Assembly: GCA_002269645.1 (NCBI GenBank) | Contig: NIVC01003208.1 | Coordinates: 47,215-111,214 of the forward strand | DNA: 64,000 bases | Direction of reading: 5' to 3' | From: Macrostomum lignano | Taxonomy: Eukaryota | In this document: piece after piece, positions 23,546 through 36,612 of the stretch | How positions within the stretch are numbered: position 1 is the stretch's first letter | How the letters are laid out: the number at the start of each line of letters is the position of its first letter | Notes under the pieces: model-generated | The model's database searches: none | The model's input: the letters and a program-made list of their open reading frames with translations, nothing else | Told to the model about the DNA's origin: nothing | Program-made: the position numbers and the translations under genes

Positions 23546-25149
23546 TCACAGCCGCCGCTGTCTGCTGGAGAAGGCGTTCGCCCGTCGAAGCAGCGGTGCC
23601 GTCCTGCGGACTCGGCGAAGCCGCAGTGCTGAGCCGCCGCAGCCTTCGCCGATGCTCCTCGCCGTGTCATCGTCACCATCGCCTACAGGCGGGGAGACAA
23701 CGGCGACCACGGTGACATCAGCGGCGGGGCTGCCGAAGCCGGGCGGCGGCGTCAGGACCAGCGAGCCGGGGCGACAGCCGCTCAGCGAGGATTCGGTGCT
23801 GGACGGCAGCAGGGAGGACTTGTAGGACGAGGCCGAGGAGGGCGACTGGTTAGTCGGTCCGACCCGGCGGAGGCTCCAAGCCGGCAGTCGGTGCCGCAGG
23901 CGCAGTCGACGCGTCGAAGGCGCCGACGGAGGAGGCGGGGGCGGCGGGGCGGTGGAGTTGCGGACAGCAGCGAGGAGGTCGAAGTCGGCGTGGCGACCGA
24001 GCCGACGAGTCGGAAGCTGCTGGCGGCACTGCTGAAGTCGAGGCCGGCGAGGTCCGGGTTCACCGGCGCGCCGCCCACGAGGCCGCCGCTGGCCAGGGGG
24101 CTGCAGCGGCTGTTGTGCAGCAGCGGCGAGTTGACGGCGAAGCTGCCAATAGACGGCGACGAAGACGCTGGCGAGAGGAAGTCGCTGACCCGGCCGGCTT
24201 CCGTGTCGACGGTGGTGCTCGGCGACGGTTCGGCCAGCAGGCGGGCGAGCAGCTGGCGCGAGTAGGGCGGCATCGCCGACTCGCCTGGCAGCTGGGCGTC
24301 CGGCTGCGGTTGAGCTGCCGCCCGTTGGTGCGGTGTTGAAGAGGCTGCAGCCGGGGCCGTTGCCGTAGCCGCTGTTGACGGCACCGCCGCCGAGCTCTGG
24401 AGCGTCAGGCGAACTTCGTCGCCAAATAGTTCTCTGGTGCTGTCGCCAACACCGGTGCCGGCGCCACGGTCTCTCGAAGGATCCGCCGGAGTCGCCGATG
24501 CCACAGCGGCCGACCGGGCAGCCGCTGAAGCGGCCGCGGCCTCGATCTCCGCGGACACGTTGTACCAGTCGATGGTCTCCGACCGGTTTAGATCAGAACC
24601 CGACGTCGCAGCCACCGCAGCTGCCGCAGCTGCCGCAGTGACATCCGGTGAAAAGTCGGCGGCAGCCACGCGCTGGCAGAAGTCGCAGTCGCAATTCTGC
24701 CGCCGCTCGCCGGCGGACTCTCCGCTGTCCGGCCGAGTTGAAACGGACGAGTTGGCGACGGAGAAGACGACAGACCCGTCCGCGGCTGCTCGAGCACCGC
24801 CTCGATTCGCCCCGCCGCCGAGCACGAGCGAGTCGCCGCCGCTGCTGGCGATGCCGCTCAGAGATGGAGAGGCCGAACTGAAGAGCAGTGGGTGGACGGT
24901 CTCGTACAGCTGGTCGCTGAGCAGCTGCGGTCCGGGCCTGGTGTGCCCGGCCACAGCCCGGACAGGTGGCAGGTAGTACAGCGGAGCATGCGGTGCCCTC
25001 GCCAGCCAGGAGGTCGCGGTGGAAGCCGACGCTGCCTGAGTGGCAGTTGCGACGGCTGCGGGTTCGGAGTTGCGCTTAGCCGCCGGGCCACCCCGGAGAC
25101 GATCCCTCAGGGCCACCAGCGGGTGCCTCCTCAGCCGGCTGTCCTTCAT
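23546..25149 (-). CDS. large Ser/Ala/Pro-rich low-complexity protein of unknown function, with a probable single-base frameshift near 23852
   Basis: 455-codon GC-rich ORF from ATG 25149. A -1 shift near 23852 continues the same composition (NQSPSSASSYKSS..PLLRRANAFSSRQRRL*) to TGA 23546. No recognisable domain. Confidence 0.5.
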
Positions 25150-26283
25150 GCCTATCTGATTCAGTTGGTGCTTGTGGCCTGCGATTTGATTTCAGCTGAG
25201 GGCGCACCAAAGCGGGCCAGAGTTAGTGGGGGACTGCAGTTCTGCGAATATAGCAGAAGGGGTGCTGAATTGGGGGTGAGAGGGGAAGACTTTTATGGCG
25301 TGGCTGGGCTGTGCAGAGGGGCAGAGAGGACGGGCGGACAGAGGGGGAGAACTGATGTACATTGCCAGTTGTACAGACAAGCAAACGCTTGCACAAAACT
25401 TCATTTGAATTTTAGCCTATTTGCAATTCAGACCTGACTGTGTTACTTATCTAAGCACTCCTACGACCTTCATGCCATCGTTAATGAGCCACACTCAGTC
25501 ACTTTTGACCGGCGAATGTACAAAGCCATTAAAATCGAAGCGCAAGTCGCGGCGGTCTGTCATTCCTTATGGAGGCGCAGCAAAACTGATACGATTCTTA
25601 GAAAGCTAATCAGAAGTCAACCGAACGATAAAGTTTTTAATTCGTTGTCCTTGAAGTTTATCAGTAAAGCCACTTGCATTCCTTATAGCTATGCTTATAG
25701 TGTGGAGCCGTATATTATAAACGTGATGCAATTCTGCATCGGCAGCGGGAATGCCTCTAGAAGCAAACAGACATGCAGAAGCCATCCGGGTGGCAGCTCT
25801 GAAGGGGCGCTGCGGCTCCATGCCTGTTTAGAATTCGTATCGCAGTCTCCCTGGACAGAAGCAGATATATTTGACATTGTTCCCTCTATTCTGCTATATG
25901 TTGAAACGCAAGCCCCCCTTGCTGTGCAGCCTCCCAATGCGCCAATCAATAAGCAAAAATGCATCTCCCACATTAGGAAGTCTGTTATCCCCCATCATGC
26001 AGCTTCATCAAATGCTTTTGAGAGCAGCAGCCCCCCCCCCCTGCGCCTGCCCACCGGTCTCAGCTGCTGGTAGACAGCGGCAACAAATGGGACCTGCTGG
26101 ACAAACTCAGGCTTTTTCATTCCATTTGCTTTTTTATCATCACAATTGCAGATATCCCCGCTGACCGCGCATCCCACTGGCCCTCTGCCCCACTCCCCGC
26201 TCCCTGGCTCTTGAGAACTAGCCGATGCCAGTAGCTCAAACAGCTGCTCACCCTCTCCTTGGCCCGGACCCAGCCCTGACCGG

Positions 26284-26297
26284 GTTGCTATGACAAC
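26284..26297. promoter_or_regulatory. X-box-like motif (GTTGCTATGACAAC)
   Basis: Fits the relaxed RFX consensus; ~105 bp upstream of ATG 26401. Confidence 0.4.
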
Positions 26298-26400
26298 AGT
26301 GTAGCTAAACAAAAGCCCCAACTTAAGCCGTCTCTCTAGAGACGTGGGCGAGAGACACCCATTCTGCTATCTGCATCAAAGCGAAAAGTCACTGACTGGA

Positions 26401-29400
26401 ATGAGCTCGCCCGACCCCATTGCTGTCCGTAAGTCTTAAAGCCGCAAGTAGCATTTTCATAATTCGTGACTCCTACGACGTTCTGGGACTCACTGATGAT
26501 TCAGATGAGATTCTGAGAATCACTGATGATTCAGATGAGATTCTGAGAATCATTGTTGATGATTCAGCTGAGATTCTGAGAATCATGGATGATTCAGATG
26601 AGATTCTGAGAATCATGGATGATTCAGATGAGATTCTGAGAATCATGGATTATTCAGATGAGATTTCGAGACTCACTGATGGTCCAATTGAGGAGACTCC
26701 GGGAGTCACTGATCCGGTTAAATGGACACTGAGAGTCAGTCACTGATATAGACTGAGGCACTGACAGTCACAACTGATCCAACCGCGCATCCTCCTCACC
26801 TTCAGCAGCTGGCCGCTGGATTCTGCCGCTGGTGCTGCTGACGGCGCTGCTGCCCGCCTGCTGCCGGGCAGAGAACAGCGCAATGTGCGCGACGCCGGCC
26901 AGCGGCTGGGAGTCCACCTACCTGTCGGACATCGGAATGTGCGTGTACACCCAGGATTTTGCCACCCGCGCCAGGTTCGGCTTCGCCGACAGCCAGGCGA
27001 ATTGCGCGGCCGCCACGAGCACCACGGGCCTGGCCAAGCTGGCCGAGCCGCACACGGAGCAGAAGCAGATCCAGCTGCTCAACGCCATGCTGAAGAAGTC
27101 GCTTGGCTATTTGCGAATCTGGACTGGGGCCTCGTGCGATGGTGAGTCGGGGGCTTGCGGCCTCCTGTGATGGTGAGAGGGGCTTGGGGTCTCGTGTGGT
27201 GAGAGGGGCTTGGGGACTCGTGTAATGGTGAGGCGGGCTTGGGCCTCGTGTGATGGTGAGTCGGGGGCTTGCGGCCTCCTGTGATGGTGAGGGGGCTTGG
27301 GGTCTCGTGTGATGGTGAGAGGGGCTTGGGGTCTCGTGTGATGGTGAGGGGGCTTGCGGCCTCCTGTGATGGTGCGGGGGCTTGGGGTCTCGTGTGATGG
27401 TGAGAGGGGCTTGGGGTCTCGTGTGATGGTGAGGGGGCTTGGGGTCTCGTGTAATGGTGAGGGGGCTTGGGGTCTCGTGTAATGGTGAGGGGGCTTGGGG
27501 CCTCGTGTAATGGTGAGGGGGCTTGGGGTCTCGTGTGATGGTGAGGCGGGCTTGGGGCCTCGTCTGATGGTGAGGGGTGGGGGTTCACAGCCTATTCGCG
27601 GCGCCTGCATCCCCGTCAGTAGTCAGTAGAGTATTTTTTGCTCAGAGACTTCCCCACCTCACCCGCTACCATTTTCCGCAGTCGCGAGCTCCCGCTTCGT
27701 CTGGTCGACTGGAAGCCCCGTCACGCCGCTGGTGGCCTGCAGCAGCGCCACCGCCCGACTGTACTTCAGCGGCGAACCGACCACTGACTACTCTTCCTTT
27801 GTGTCCAGCTTCGTTGGAACCACAAACCTTAGCCTCACCTACGTGCAGTTGTGCGAGTATGGAGGTGAGCCATGGGAGACTCAGCGATTGGGCGGAGTCG
27901 CTCCTCTTTTCCGGAAAATCACGGCCAGTCAAGCTCAAGCGTTAAGCCATATCCCATCAAGCCTATTTCCATCAAGCGTTAAGCCATACCCTATCAAGCC
28001 TTATTCCATCAAGCGTACAGCCTACCCCAGTCCCCAACAAGCGTTCAGCCCCGTCTCATCTTGCGCACAGCTCGAACGCCGCCCGCCCCGACCACTCAGC
28101 CCCGCAGTGCGACCCATTCACGGTCAGCAGCTATAACAACGCCACCATGCGGCTCAGCGCCACCGCCTACGCCAACCGGACGGTGCGCTTTAACTGCGCG
28201 CCCGGTTTCTACCGGCCCTCGGAGATCGTGCTGGTTGGCGGCGCTGTGGACAAGACCGCCACGGCTTCCAACAACCTCTTCCACTGCAACTTCGTGCCCG
28301 GAGGCACCGACGGCCGCGGCACCGCCAGCTTTGTGCAGGTCGGCAGCATGCTGCCGCTAGAGCAATGCCAGCGTGAGTTTCCCGCGCTCCACGGATGCTC
28401 TGTCTGGGTGGTGTCCAGGGACAAGCGCTGCTAAAGCTGGCGGTGCCGAAGCTGCTGCAGTATCTAATTTGTCCCAAACTAAAGTACATGAATAGGCAGG
28501 GCAGAGCGTTGCTAAGCATAAAACCCGAAAGTAGTGGACAAAACTTTACCTCCAATATATTTGGTAATCTGGTAATTCTCGCTCGAAAAAAGTCCCGCTA
28601 GTCATACTCTCGTATCTCGATGTGCAGCCAGCAACGCTGCCCTCTTCTTAGCATTGATGAGAAGTTGGAAAGCAAGAGCGAGGTGCTGTTTCTTGGTGTC
28701 AAGTCAACGGTTTAGTGCCTTTAGCTCATCAAACTTTCCAGTTGCATTTACTTCATCACAAACATTCGTTAAGGCAATGTTACCTTAAACAAAATTTCTA
28801 TCTCAAAATAAATGACGCGCAGGTGGTTGCGCTTCTAATAATCCTCCTTGATAGCCTGAATCTCTGGGTCGCCGATAGGTCAGTCGGTCGTGTGTCTTCT
28901 GTCAGTTGCTTCTCCTCAGTCCCCAGTGTGTCATGCTTAAGTGTGTCTTCAGCATGACAAACTCGTGATGCTACTGCTGTCAGTAGGAACTAAACCACCT
29001 TCTGTCCAACCACCTCAAACCCATGCAGCTAGCAGCTGCCAGGGCTGGGTGCTGCTTAACCAGACCATCATCCAGGATGTGGAGGACTACAAATCGGGCG
29101 TGGAGGCTTACCGCAACTACAATTTTGGCGAGGTCATCCCGCTGCAGTGCAAGCGCGGCTACGTCAGCGTCACTGACGAAATGAGCACCTCTGCTCAGCT
29201 GGTCTGCGGCCAGAGCGACCTGAACCCCAGCCTGGGCATGTGGACTCCCGCCACTCTGGTGGTGTGCACGGGTGAGTCTGACCTTCCCAATCTGACCTGT
29301 CCAATCTGACCAGACCCGAACTGACCAGACTGGAACTGACCAAGCATTCTGCGCTATCCGCCCCTCTGCAGCCATCCGATGCAAGGGCGTCATGCCTTTC

Positions 29401-32400
29401 TACGACTTCACCAAGATGACGGCCTACAAAGCCTTCAACCGACTCAAGGACCGGTCCTTCACCTCGGACGAGAGCAACCGCTTCCCCTACTACCCGAACG
29501 AGGTGTCCCTCCGCTGCCGGCACGAGGGCAAATTTTTCATGGACCGCACCTACGACAAGGCGCTGAAGTGCGACCTGCCGAACAACGGCACCAACACCAC
29601 TGCCGTCTGGTTCCCATTCGGCGGCACCGTGCTCAGCAAGGACATCATGGACTGCAAACGTGAGTCCCCACTTGCGTCTTCTTGAAACAGTCATTTTATA
29701 CTACTCGCTAGGTAGTAGTGTTGGAGGCTTACCGATAGTTACTAACCTAAACTGAAACAACTAGATCATTCTGGTGGTAATGCACAAAGCCTTAACTGAA
29801 TCAACTAGATCATTCTGGCGGTAATGCACAAAGCCTAAACTGAATCAACTAGATCATTCTAGTGGTAATGCACAAAGCCTAAACTGAATCAACTAGATCA
29901 TTCTGGCGGTAATGCACAAAGCCTAAACTGAATCAACTAGATCATTCTGGCGGTAATGCACAAAGCCTAAACTGAATCAACTAGATCATTCTGGCGGTAA
30001 TGCACAAAGCCTAAACTGAATCAACTAGATCATTCTGGCGGTAATGCACAAAGCCTAAACTGAATCAACTAGATCATTCTGGCGGTAATGCACAAAGCCT
30101 AAACTGAATCAACTAGATCATTCTGGCGGTAATGCACAAAGCCTAAACTGAATCAACTAGATCATTCTAGTGGTAATGCACAAAGCCTAAACTGAATCAA
30201 CTAGATCATTCTGGTGCTAACCAAACACCCTCCCCACCTCGCAGCCATCACCTGCCTGACCAAGGAGATCGTGCTCCTCACCCAGCAAGAGCATGTGCTC
30301 GTCTACCTGCTGCAGTCCAACTTGAACGAGACGCTGATCATCACCAATCCCGACGACACCGTGGCCACGACCACCGTCTTGGACTTCGCCACCACCACGG
30401 AGTTCGACTACGGGGCTCGGGTTCGATTCACCTGCCAGAGCGGCTACCAGATGAACGCGCCGGGCGAGGGAGGACATGCGAAACTGGTGAACTCCACTGA
30501 AGTCAGCTGCATCAGCACCGGCACTTGGAGCTTCAGGATCTCATCCTGCATCAGTGGGTGCTGCACCAGAGCTCAACCTCTGGAATCCACACTGCCACTC
30601 ACTCCAGCCCAGTGCCACTCACTCCAACCCAGCGCCACTCACTCTAATTCAGCGCCACTCGAATCCAATCCAGCGCCACTCCAATCCAACCCAGGGCCAC
30701 TCCAATCCATTTCAGCACCATTCCAATCCAATCCAGCGCCACTCCAATCCAATCCAGTGCCAACCCAATCCAATTCAGTGCCACTCTAATCCAATCCAGT
30801 GCCACTCTAAACCAATCCAGTGCCAACCCATACCAATCCAGTGCCACTCTAATCCAATCCATTGCCAACCCAAACCAATCCAGTGCCACTCTAAACCAAT
30901 CCAGTGTCACTCTAATCCAATCCAGTGCCACTCTAATCCAATCCAGTGCCACTCTAAACCAATCCAGTGCCAACCCAAACCAATCCAGTGCCACTCTAAT
31001 CCAATCCAGTGCCACTCTAATCCAATCCAGTGCCACTCTAATCCAATCCAGTGCCACTCTAATCCAATCCAGTGCCAACCCAAACCAATCCAGTGCCACT
31101 CTAATCCAATCCAGTGCCAACCCAAACCAATCCAGTGTCACTCTAATCCAATCCAGTGCCACTCTAATCCAATCCAGTGCCACTCTAAACCAATCCAGTG
31201 CCAACCCAAACCAATCCAGTGCCACTCTAATCCAATCCAGTGCCAACCCAAACCAATCCAGTGCCAACCCAAACCAATCCAGTGTCACTCTAATCCAATC
31301 CAGTGCCAACCCAAACCAATCCAGTGCCAACCCAAACCAATCCAGTGCCACTCTAATCCAATCCAGTGCCAACCCAAACCAATCCAGTGTCACTCTAATC
31401 CAATCCAGTGCCAACCCAAACCAATCCAGTGCCAACCCAAACCAATCCAGTGTCACTCTAATCCAATCCAGTGCCAACCCAAACCAATCCAGTGCCACTC
31501 TAAACCAATCCAGTGTCACTCTAATCCAATCCAGTGCCACTCTAATCCAATCCAGTGCCACTCTAAACCAATCCAGTGTCACTCTAATCCAATCCAGTGC
31601 CACTCTAATCCAATCCAGTGCCACTCTAATCCAATCCAGTGCCACTCTAATCCAATCCAGTGCCACTCTAAACCAATCCAGTGCCAACCCAAACCAATCC
31701 AGTGCCACTCTAATCCAATCCAGTGCCAACCCAAACCAATCCAGTGCCAACCCAAACCAATCCAGTGTCACTCTAATCCAATCCAGTGCCAACCCAAACC
31801 AATCCAGTGCCAACCCAAACCAATCCAGTGCCACTCTAATCCAATCCAGTGCCAACCCAAACCAATCCAGTGTCACTCTAATCCAATCCAGTGCCAACCC
31901 AAACCAATCCAGTGCCAACCCAAACCAATCCAGTGTCACTCTAATCCAATCCAGTGCCAACCCAAACCAATCCAGTGCCACTCTAAACCAATCCAGTGTC
32001 ACTCTAATCCAATCCAGTGCCACTCTAATCCAATCCAGTGCCACTCTAAACCAATCCAGTGTCACTCTAATCCAATCCAGTGCCACTCTAATCCAATCCA
32101 GTGCCACTCTAATCCAATCCAGTGCCACTCTAATCCAATCCAGTGCCACTCTAATCCAATCCAGTGCCACTCTAAACCAATCCAGTGTCACTCTAATCCA
32201 ATCCAGTGCCACTCTAATCCAATCCAGTGCCAACCCAAACCAATCCAGTGTCACTCTAATCCAATCCAGTGCCACTCTAATCCAATCCAGTGCCACTCTA
32301 ATCCAATCCAGTGCCACTCTAATCCAATCCAGTGCCACTCTAATCCAATTCAGTGCCACTCTAATCCAATCCAGTGCCACTCTAATCCAATCCAGTGCCA

Positions 32401-35261
32401 CTCTAATCCAATTCAGTGCCACTCTAATCCAATCCAGTGCCACTCTAATCCAATCCAGTGCCACTCTAATCCAATCCAGTGCCACTCTAATCCAATCCAG
32501 TGCCACTCTAATCCAATCCAGTGCCAACCCAAACCAATCCAGTGCCAACCCAAACCAATCCAGTGTCACTCTAATCCAATCCAGTGCCAACCCAAACCAA
32601 TCCAGTGCCAACCCAAACCAATCCAGTGCCACTCTAATCCAATCCAGTGCCAACCCAAACCAATCCAGTGCCACTCTAAACCAATCCAGTGTCACTCTAA
32701 TCCAATCCAGTGCCACTCTAATCCAATCCAGTGCCACTCTAAACCAATCCAGTGTCACTCTAATCCAATCCAGTGCCACTCTAATCCAATCCAGTGCCAC
32801 TCTAATCCAATCCAGTGCCACTCTAATCCAATCCAGTGCCACTCTAATCCAATCCAGTGCCACTCTAATCCAATTCGGTGCCACTCTAATCCAATCCAGT
32901 GCCACTCTAATCCAATCCAGTGCCACTCTAATCCAATCCAGTGCCAACCCATACCAATCCAGTGTCACTCTAATCCAATCCAGTGCCAACCCAAACCAAT
33001 CCAGTGCCAACCCAAACCAATCCAGTGCCACTCTAATCCAATCCAGTGCCAACCCAAACCAATCCAGTGCCACTCTAATCCAATCCAGTGCCACTCTAAT
33101 CCAATCCAGTGCCACTCTAATCCAATCCAGTGCCACTCTAATCCAATCCAGTGCCACTCTAATCCAATCCAGTGCCACTCTAATCCAATCCAGTGCCAAC
33201 CCATACCAATCCAGTGTCACTCTAATCCAATCCATTGCCAACCCAAACCAATCCAGTGCCACTCTAAACCAATCCAGTGTCACTCTAATCCAATCCAGTG
33301 CCACTCTAAACCAATCCAGTGCCACTCTAATCCAATCCAGTGCCACTCTAATCCAATACAGTGCCACTCTAAACCAATCCAGTGCCACTCTAATCCAATC
33401 CAGTGCCACTCTAAACCAATCCAGTGCCAACCCAAACCAATCCAGTGCCACTCTAATCCAATCCAGTGCCACTCTAATCCAATCCAGTGCCACTCTAATC
33501 CAATCCAGTGCCACTCTAATCCAATCCAGTGCCAACCCAAACCAATCCAGTGCCACTCTAAACCAATCCAGTGTCACTCTAATCCAATCCAGTGCCACTC
33601 TAATCCAATACAGTGCCACTCTAAACCAATCCAGTGCCAACCCATACCAATCCAGTGCCACTCTAATCCAATCCAGTGCCACTCTAATCCAATCCAGTGC
33701 CACTCTAATCCAATCCAGTGCCAACCCAAACCAATCCAGTGTCACTCTAATCCAATCCAGTGCCAACCCAAACCAATCCAGTGCCAACCCAAACCAATCC
33801 AGTGTCACTCTAATCCAAACCAGTGCCAACCCAAACCAATCCAGTGTCACTCTAATCCAATCCAGTGCCAACCCAAACCAATCCAGTGCCAACCCAAACC
33901 AATCCAGTGTCACTCTAATCCAATCCAGTGCCAACCCAAACCAATCCAGTGCCAACCCAAACCAATCCAGTGCCACTCTAATCCAATCCAGTGCCAACCC
34001 AAACCAATCCAGTGTCACTCTAATCCAATCCAGTGCCAACCCAAACCAATCCAGTGCCAACCCAAACCAATCCAGTGCCACTCTAATCCAATCCAGTGCC
34101 AACCCAAACCAATCCAGTGCCACTCTAAACCAATCCAGTGTCACTCTAATCCAATCCAGTGCCACTCTAATCCAATCCAGTGCCACTTTAAACCAATCCA
34201 GTGTCACTCTAATCCAATCCAGTGCCACTCTAATCCAATCCAGTGCCACTCTAATCCAATCCAGTGCCACTCTAATCCAATCCAGTGCCACTCTAATCCA
34301 ATCCAGTGCCACTCTAATCCAATCCAGTGCCACTCTAATCCAATCCAGTGCCACTCTAATCCAATTCAGTGCCACTCTAATCCAATCCAGTGCCACTCTA
34401 ATCCAATCCAGTGCCACTCTAATCCAATTCAGTGCCACTCTAATCCAATCCAGTGCCACTCTAATCCAATCCAGTGCCACTCTAATCCAATCCAGTGCCA
34501 ACCCAAACCAATCCAGTGTCACTCTAATCCAATCCAGTGCCAACCCAAACCAATCCAGTGCCACTCTAAACCAATCCAGTGTCACTCTAATCCAATCCAG
34601 TGCCAACCCAAACCAATCCAGTGCCAACCCAAACCAATCCAGTGTCACTCTAATCCAATCCAGTGCCAACCCAAACCAATCCAGTGCCAACCCAAACCAA
34701 TCCAGTGCCAACCCAAACCAATCCAGTGCCACTCTAATCCAATCCAGTGCCAACCCAAACCAATCCAGTGCCACTCTAATCCAATCCAGTGCCACTCTAA
34801 TCCAATCCAGTGCCACTCTAATCCAATCCAGTGCCACTCTAATCCAATCCAGTGCCACTCTAAACCAATCCAGTGCCACTCTAATCCAATCCAGTGCCAC
34901 TCTAATCCAATCCAGTGCCACTCTAATCCAATCCAGTGCCACTCTAATCCAATCCAGTGCCACTCTAATCCAATCCAGTGCCACTCTAATCTAATCCAGT
35001 GCCACTCCAATCCACCAAATCCGCTGACCCTCAGAGCAAACGGAGGCCCTGCAGCTTACTGGTGGCGGGGTTCGCTACGTCCCTCCGGCCCAGGAGGCCG
35101 CGGGCGCCCAGTCGCTGGGCGTGGTGGTCATCATCATCCTGATCGCGTTCTTCGGCACCATCTTAATCCTGGACCTGGCCACCATCGCCAGAGACGTGAA
35201 GCTGCTGCGGACGAACCTCAAGCGGATCAAGCTGAAGGTCCAGCTGAAGAAGGCCAAGTAG
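26401..35261 (+). CDS. type I membrane protein A: signal peptide, C-type-lectin-like domain, four Sushi/CCP-like modules, TM, basic tail
   Basis: Eight exons, all phase-1 GT-AG, joining in frame: 26401-26428, 26806-27141, 27682-27864, 28100-28372, 29029-29271, 29372-29659, 30245-30553, 35035-35261. Sushi-like patterns VRFNCAPGF, IPLQCKRGY..W..C and VRFTCQSGY..C..GTWS..SC. TM GVVVIIILIAFFGTILILD. Confidence 0.85.
26490..26670. repeat. 30-bp minisatellite in intron 1 of gene A
   Basis: GATGATTCAGATGAGATTCTGAGAATCA units. Confidence 0.9.
27131..27580. repeat. ~29-bp minisatellite built from the exon 2 end plus donor of gene A
   Basis: Unit CTCGTGTGATGGTGAGRGGGCTTGGGGT resembles the junction CTCGTGCGATG|GTGAGT. 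Confidence 0.9.
29745..30213. repeat. 44-bp minisatellite in intron 6 of gene A
   Basis: AAACTGAATCAACTAGATCATTCTGGCGGTAATGCACAAAGCCT, about 10-11 copies. Confidence 0.95.
30640..35005. repeat. 4.35-kb 21-bp satellite in intron 7 of gene A
   Basis: About 207 units, mainly CCAATCCAGTGCCACTCTAAT and CCAATCCAGTGCCAACCCAAA. Confidence 0.97.
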
Positions 35262-35399
35262 CCTCCGCTGCGAAAAAAGCTTACTGATATCGAGAACAAT
35301 GAAACTCAATAATAGTAAACATTTTTGAGCCCTGATTCCATGATTCATGGGATTTTCATCAATAGGATAATTTAATGCTATTGGGTTTTTGTTGGGATC

Positions 35400-35720
35400 T
35401 GCTGTTGTGATCAGCTGTTGTGATCAGCTGTTGGGATCAGCTGTTGTGATCAGCTGTTGGGATCAGCTGTTGTGATCAGCTGTTGTGATCAGCTGTTGGG
35501 ATCAGCTGTTGGGATCTGCTTTTAGAATCTAACAATAAATTAGCTCGTATAATGCTCCTGTATCTAAAAATAACGCAAATCTATAGCATGAAACTTTTGC
35601 ATTCTACTAGAAGTTTGATCCACTGCCATGGAACTGCCATGGAACTGCCATGGAACTGCCATGGAACTGCCATGGAACGCCGTGGAACTGCCATGGAACG
35701 CAGAGGAACTGCCATGGAAC
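35400..35720. repeat. 13-bp (CTGTTGTGATCAG) and 11-bp (CTGCCATGGAA) short arrays between genes A and B
   Basis: Arrays at ~35400-35520 and ~35623-35720. Confidence 0.85.
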
Positions 35721-36612
35721 GGCGACCTCACAGTCTTTGCCCAGAAAATTTGTATTCGTTAAAAATTATTGAAGAAAATCTGTTCCGAGTTCACGCGTCA
35801 AAACCCTGGAGCAGTTTTAGCGGCCTCAACAACTTGCTTTATGGAATGCCTCCGTTTATAAAGCCAACTCCGTCGGAAATTAATCCGGCAATGATTTCCG
35901 CATAAATACAGTTTTGAGACTCCCACAGTTTGACTTTGACATCGCATGGCTCTGCGCTTAAGTTTGCCAAACTGACTCACTCACTCACTCTTTCCCTCTC
36001 AAAAGTTGATGAAGGAAGCGAATTGCAAAGTTCTGGAGTCTTCCCGCTTTTCACCTCCCTACTTTGCAAATGAGGAAAAAAAGTTTTTTCAAGCATTTAC
36101 TGGCGGATTCTCTCGCAGAAGGCAGCAAAAAGCAATACGAGGCATGCAAGGGATGCAAGGAGGAGGCCCTAAGCTTGGCATTGATGAGGCAAGGAGGCTG
36201 GACGCAGGCGGAGGCAACCCTGGGACAAAGGGGAGGCTGAGTCGCCTTGTCTCCCGCGTCATGTCAGAAAATTTCCAGCCAGCGACTCCGCAGCAAGCGG
36301 GGGCTTCAATTCAATAATTCATCGCGTGTCTTCGGAGTGCCTCCGAGACTGGAGACTAAGTGCCTCCCCCTGCCGCTCCGCCACTGCCGCCCCTTCGCCC
36401 CTTCACCCCCCGGTTGCTAGGGAAGCTTCTAAATCGAGAGAGCTTTTTTGCCAGCGATTGTCATTTATTTACCTGCTGACGCGCTGGTGACGGGGGTGGG
36501 GGGCGCCACTGCCTGCTGCAGCTACGCCGCATTTAGTTTGGCACTCTGGCTGGCCGGCTCTCTGGCTTTGTCCGATAGAATCTTCTCTGCTGCCACCGGC
36601 TTCTCCAAGCTA

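Noticed and set aside
30554-35287. 1577-aa and 1446-aa ORFs on opposite strands
   Set aside because: They are translations of a 21-bp satellite lacking stops in those frames. The region is intron 7 of gene A (A|GTGGGT..TCAG|AG), and the plus ORF is out of frame with exon 7.
36006-36317. 103-aa ORF upstream of gene B
   Set aside because: No domain or splice link; probably promoter or UTR sequence.
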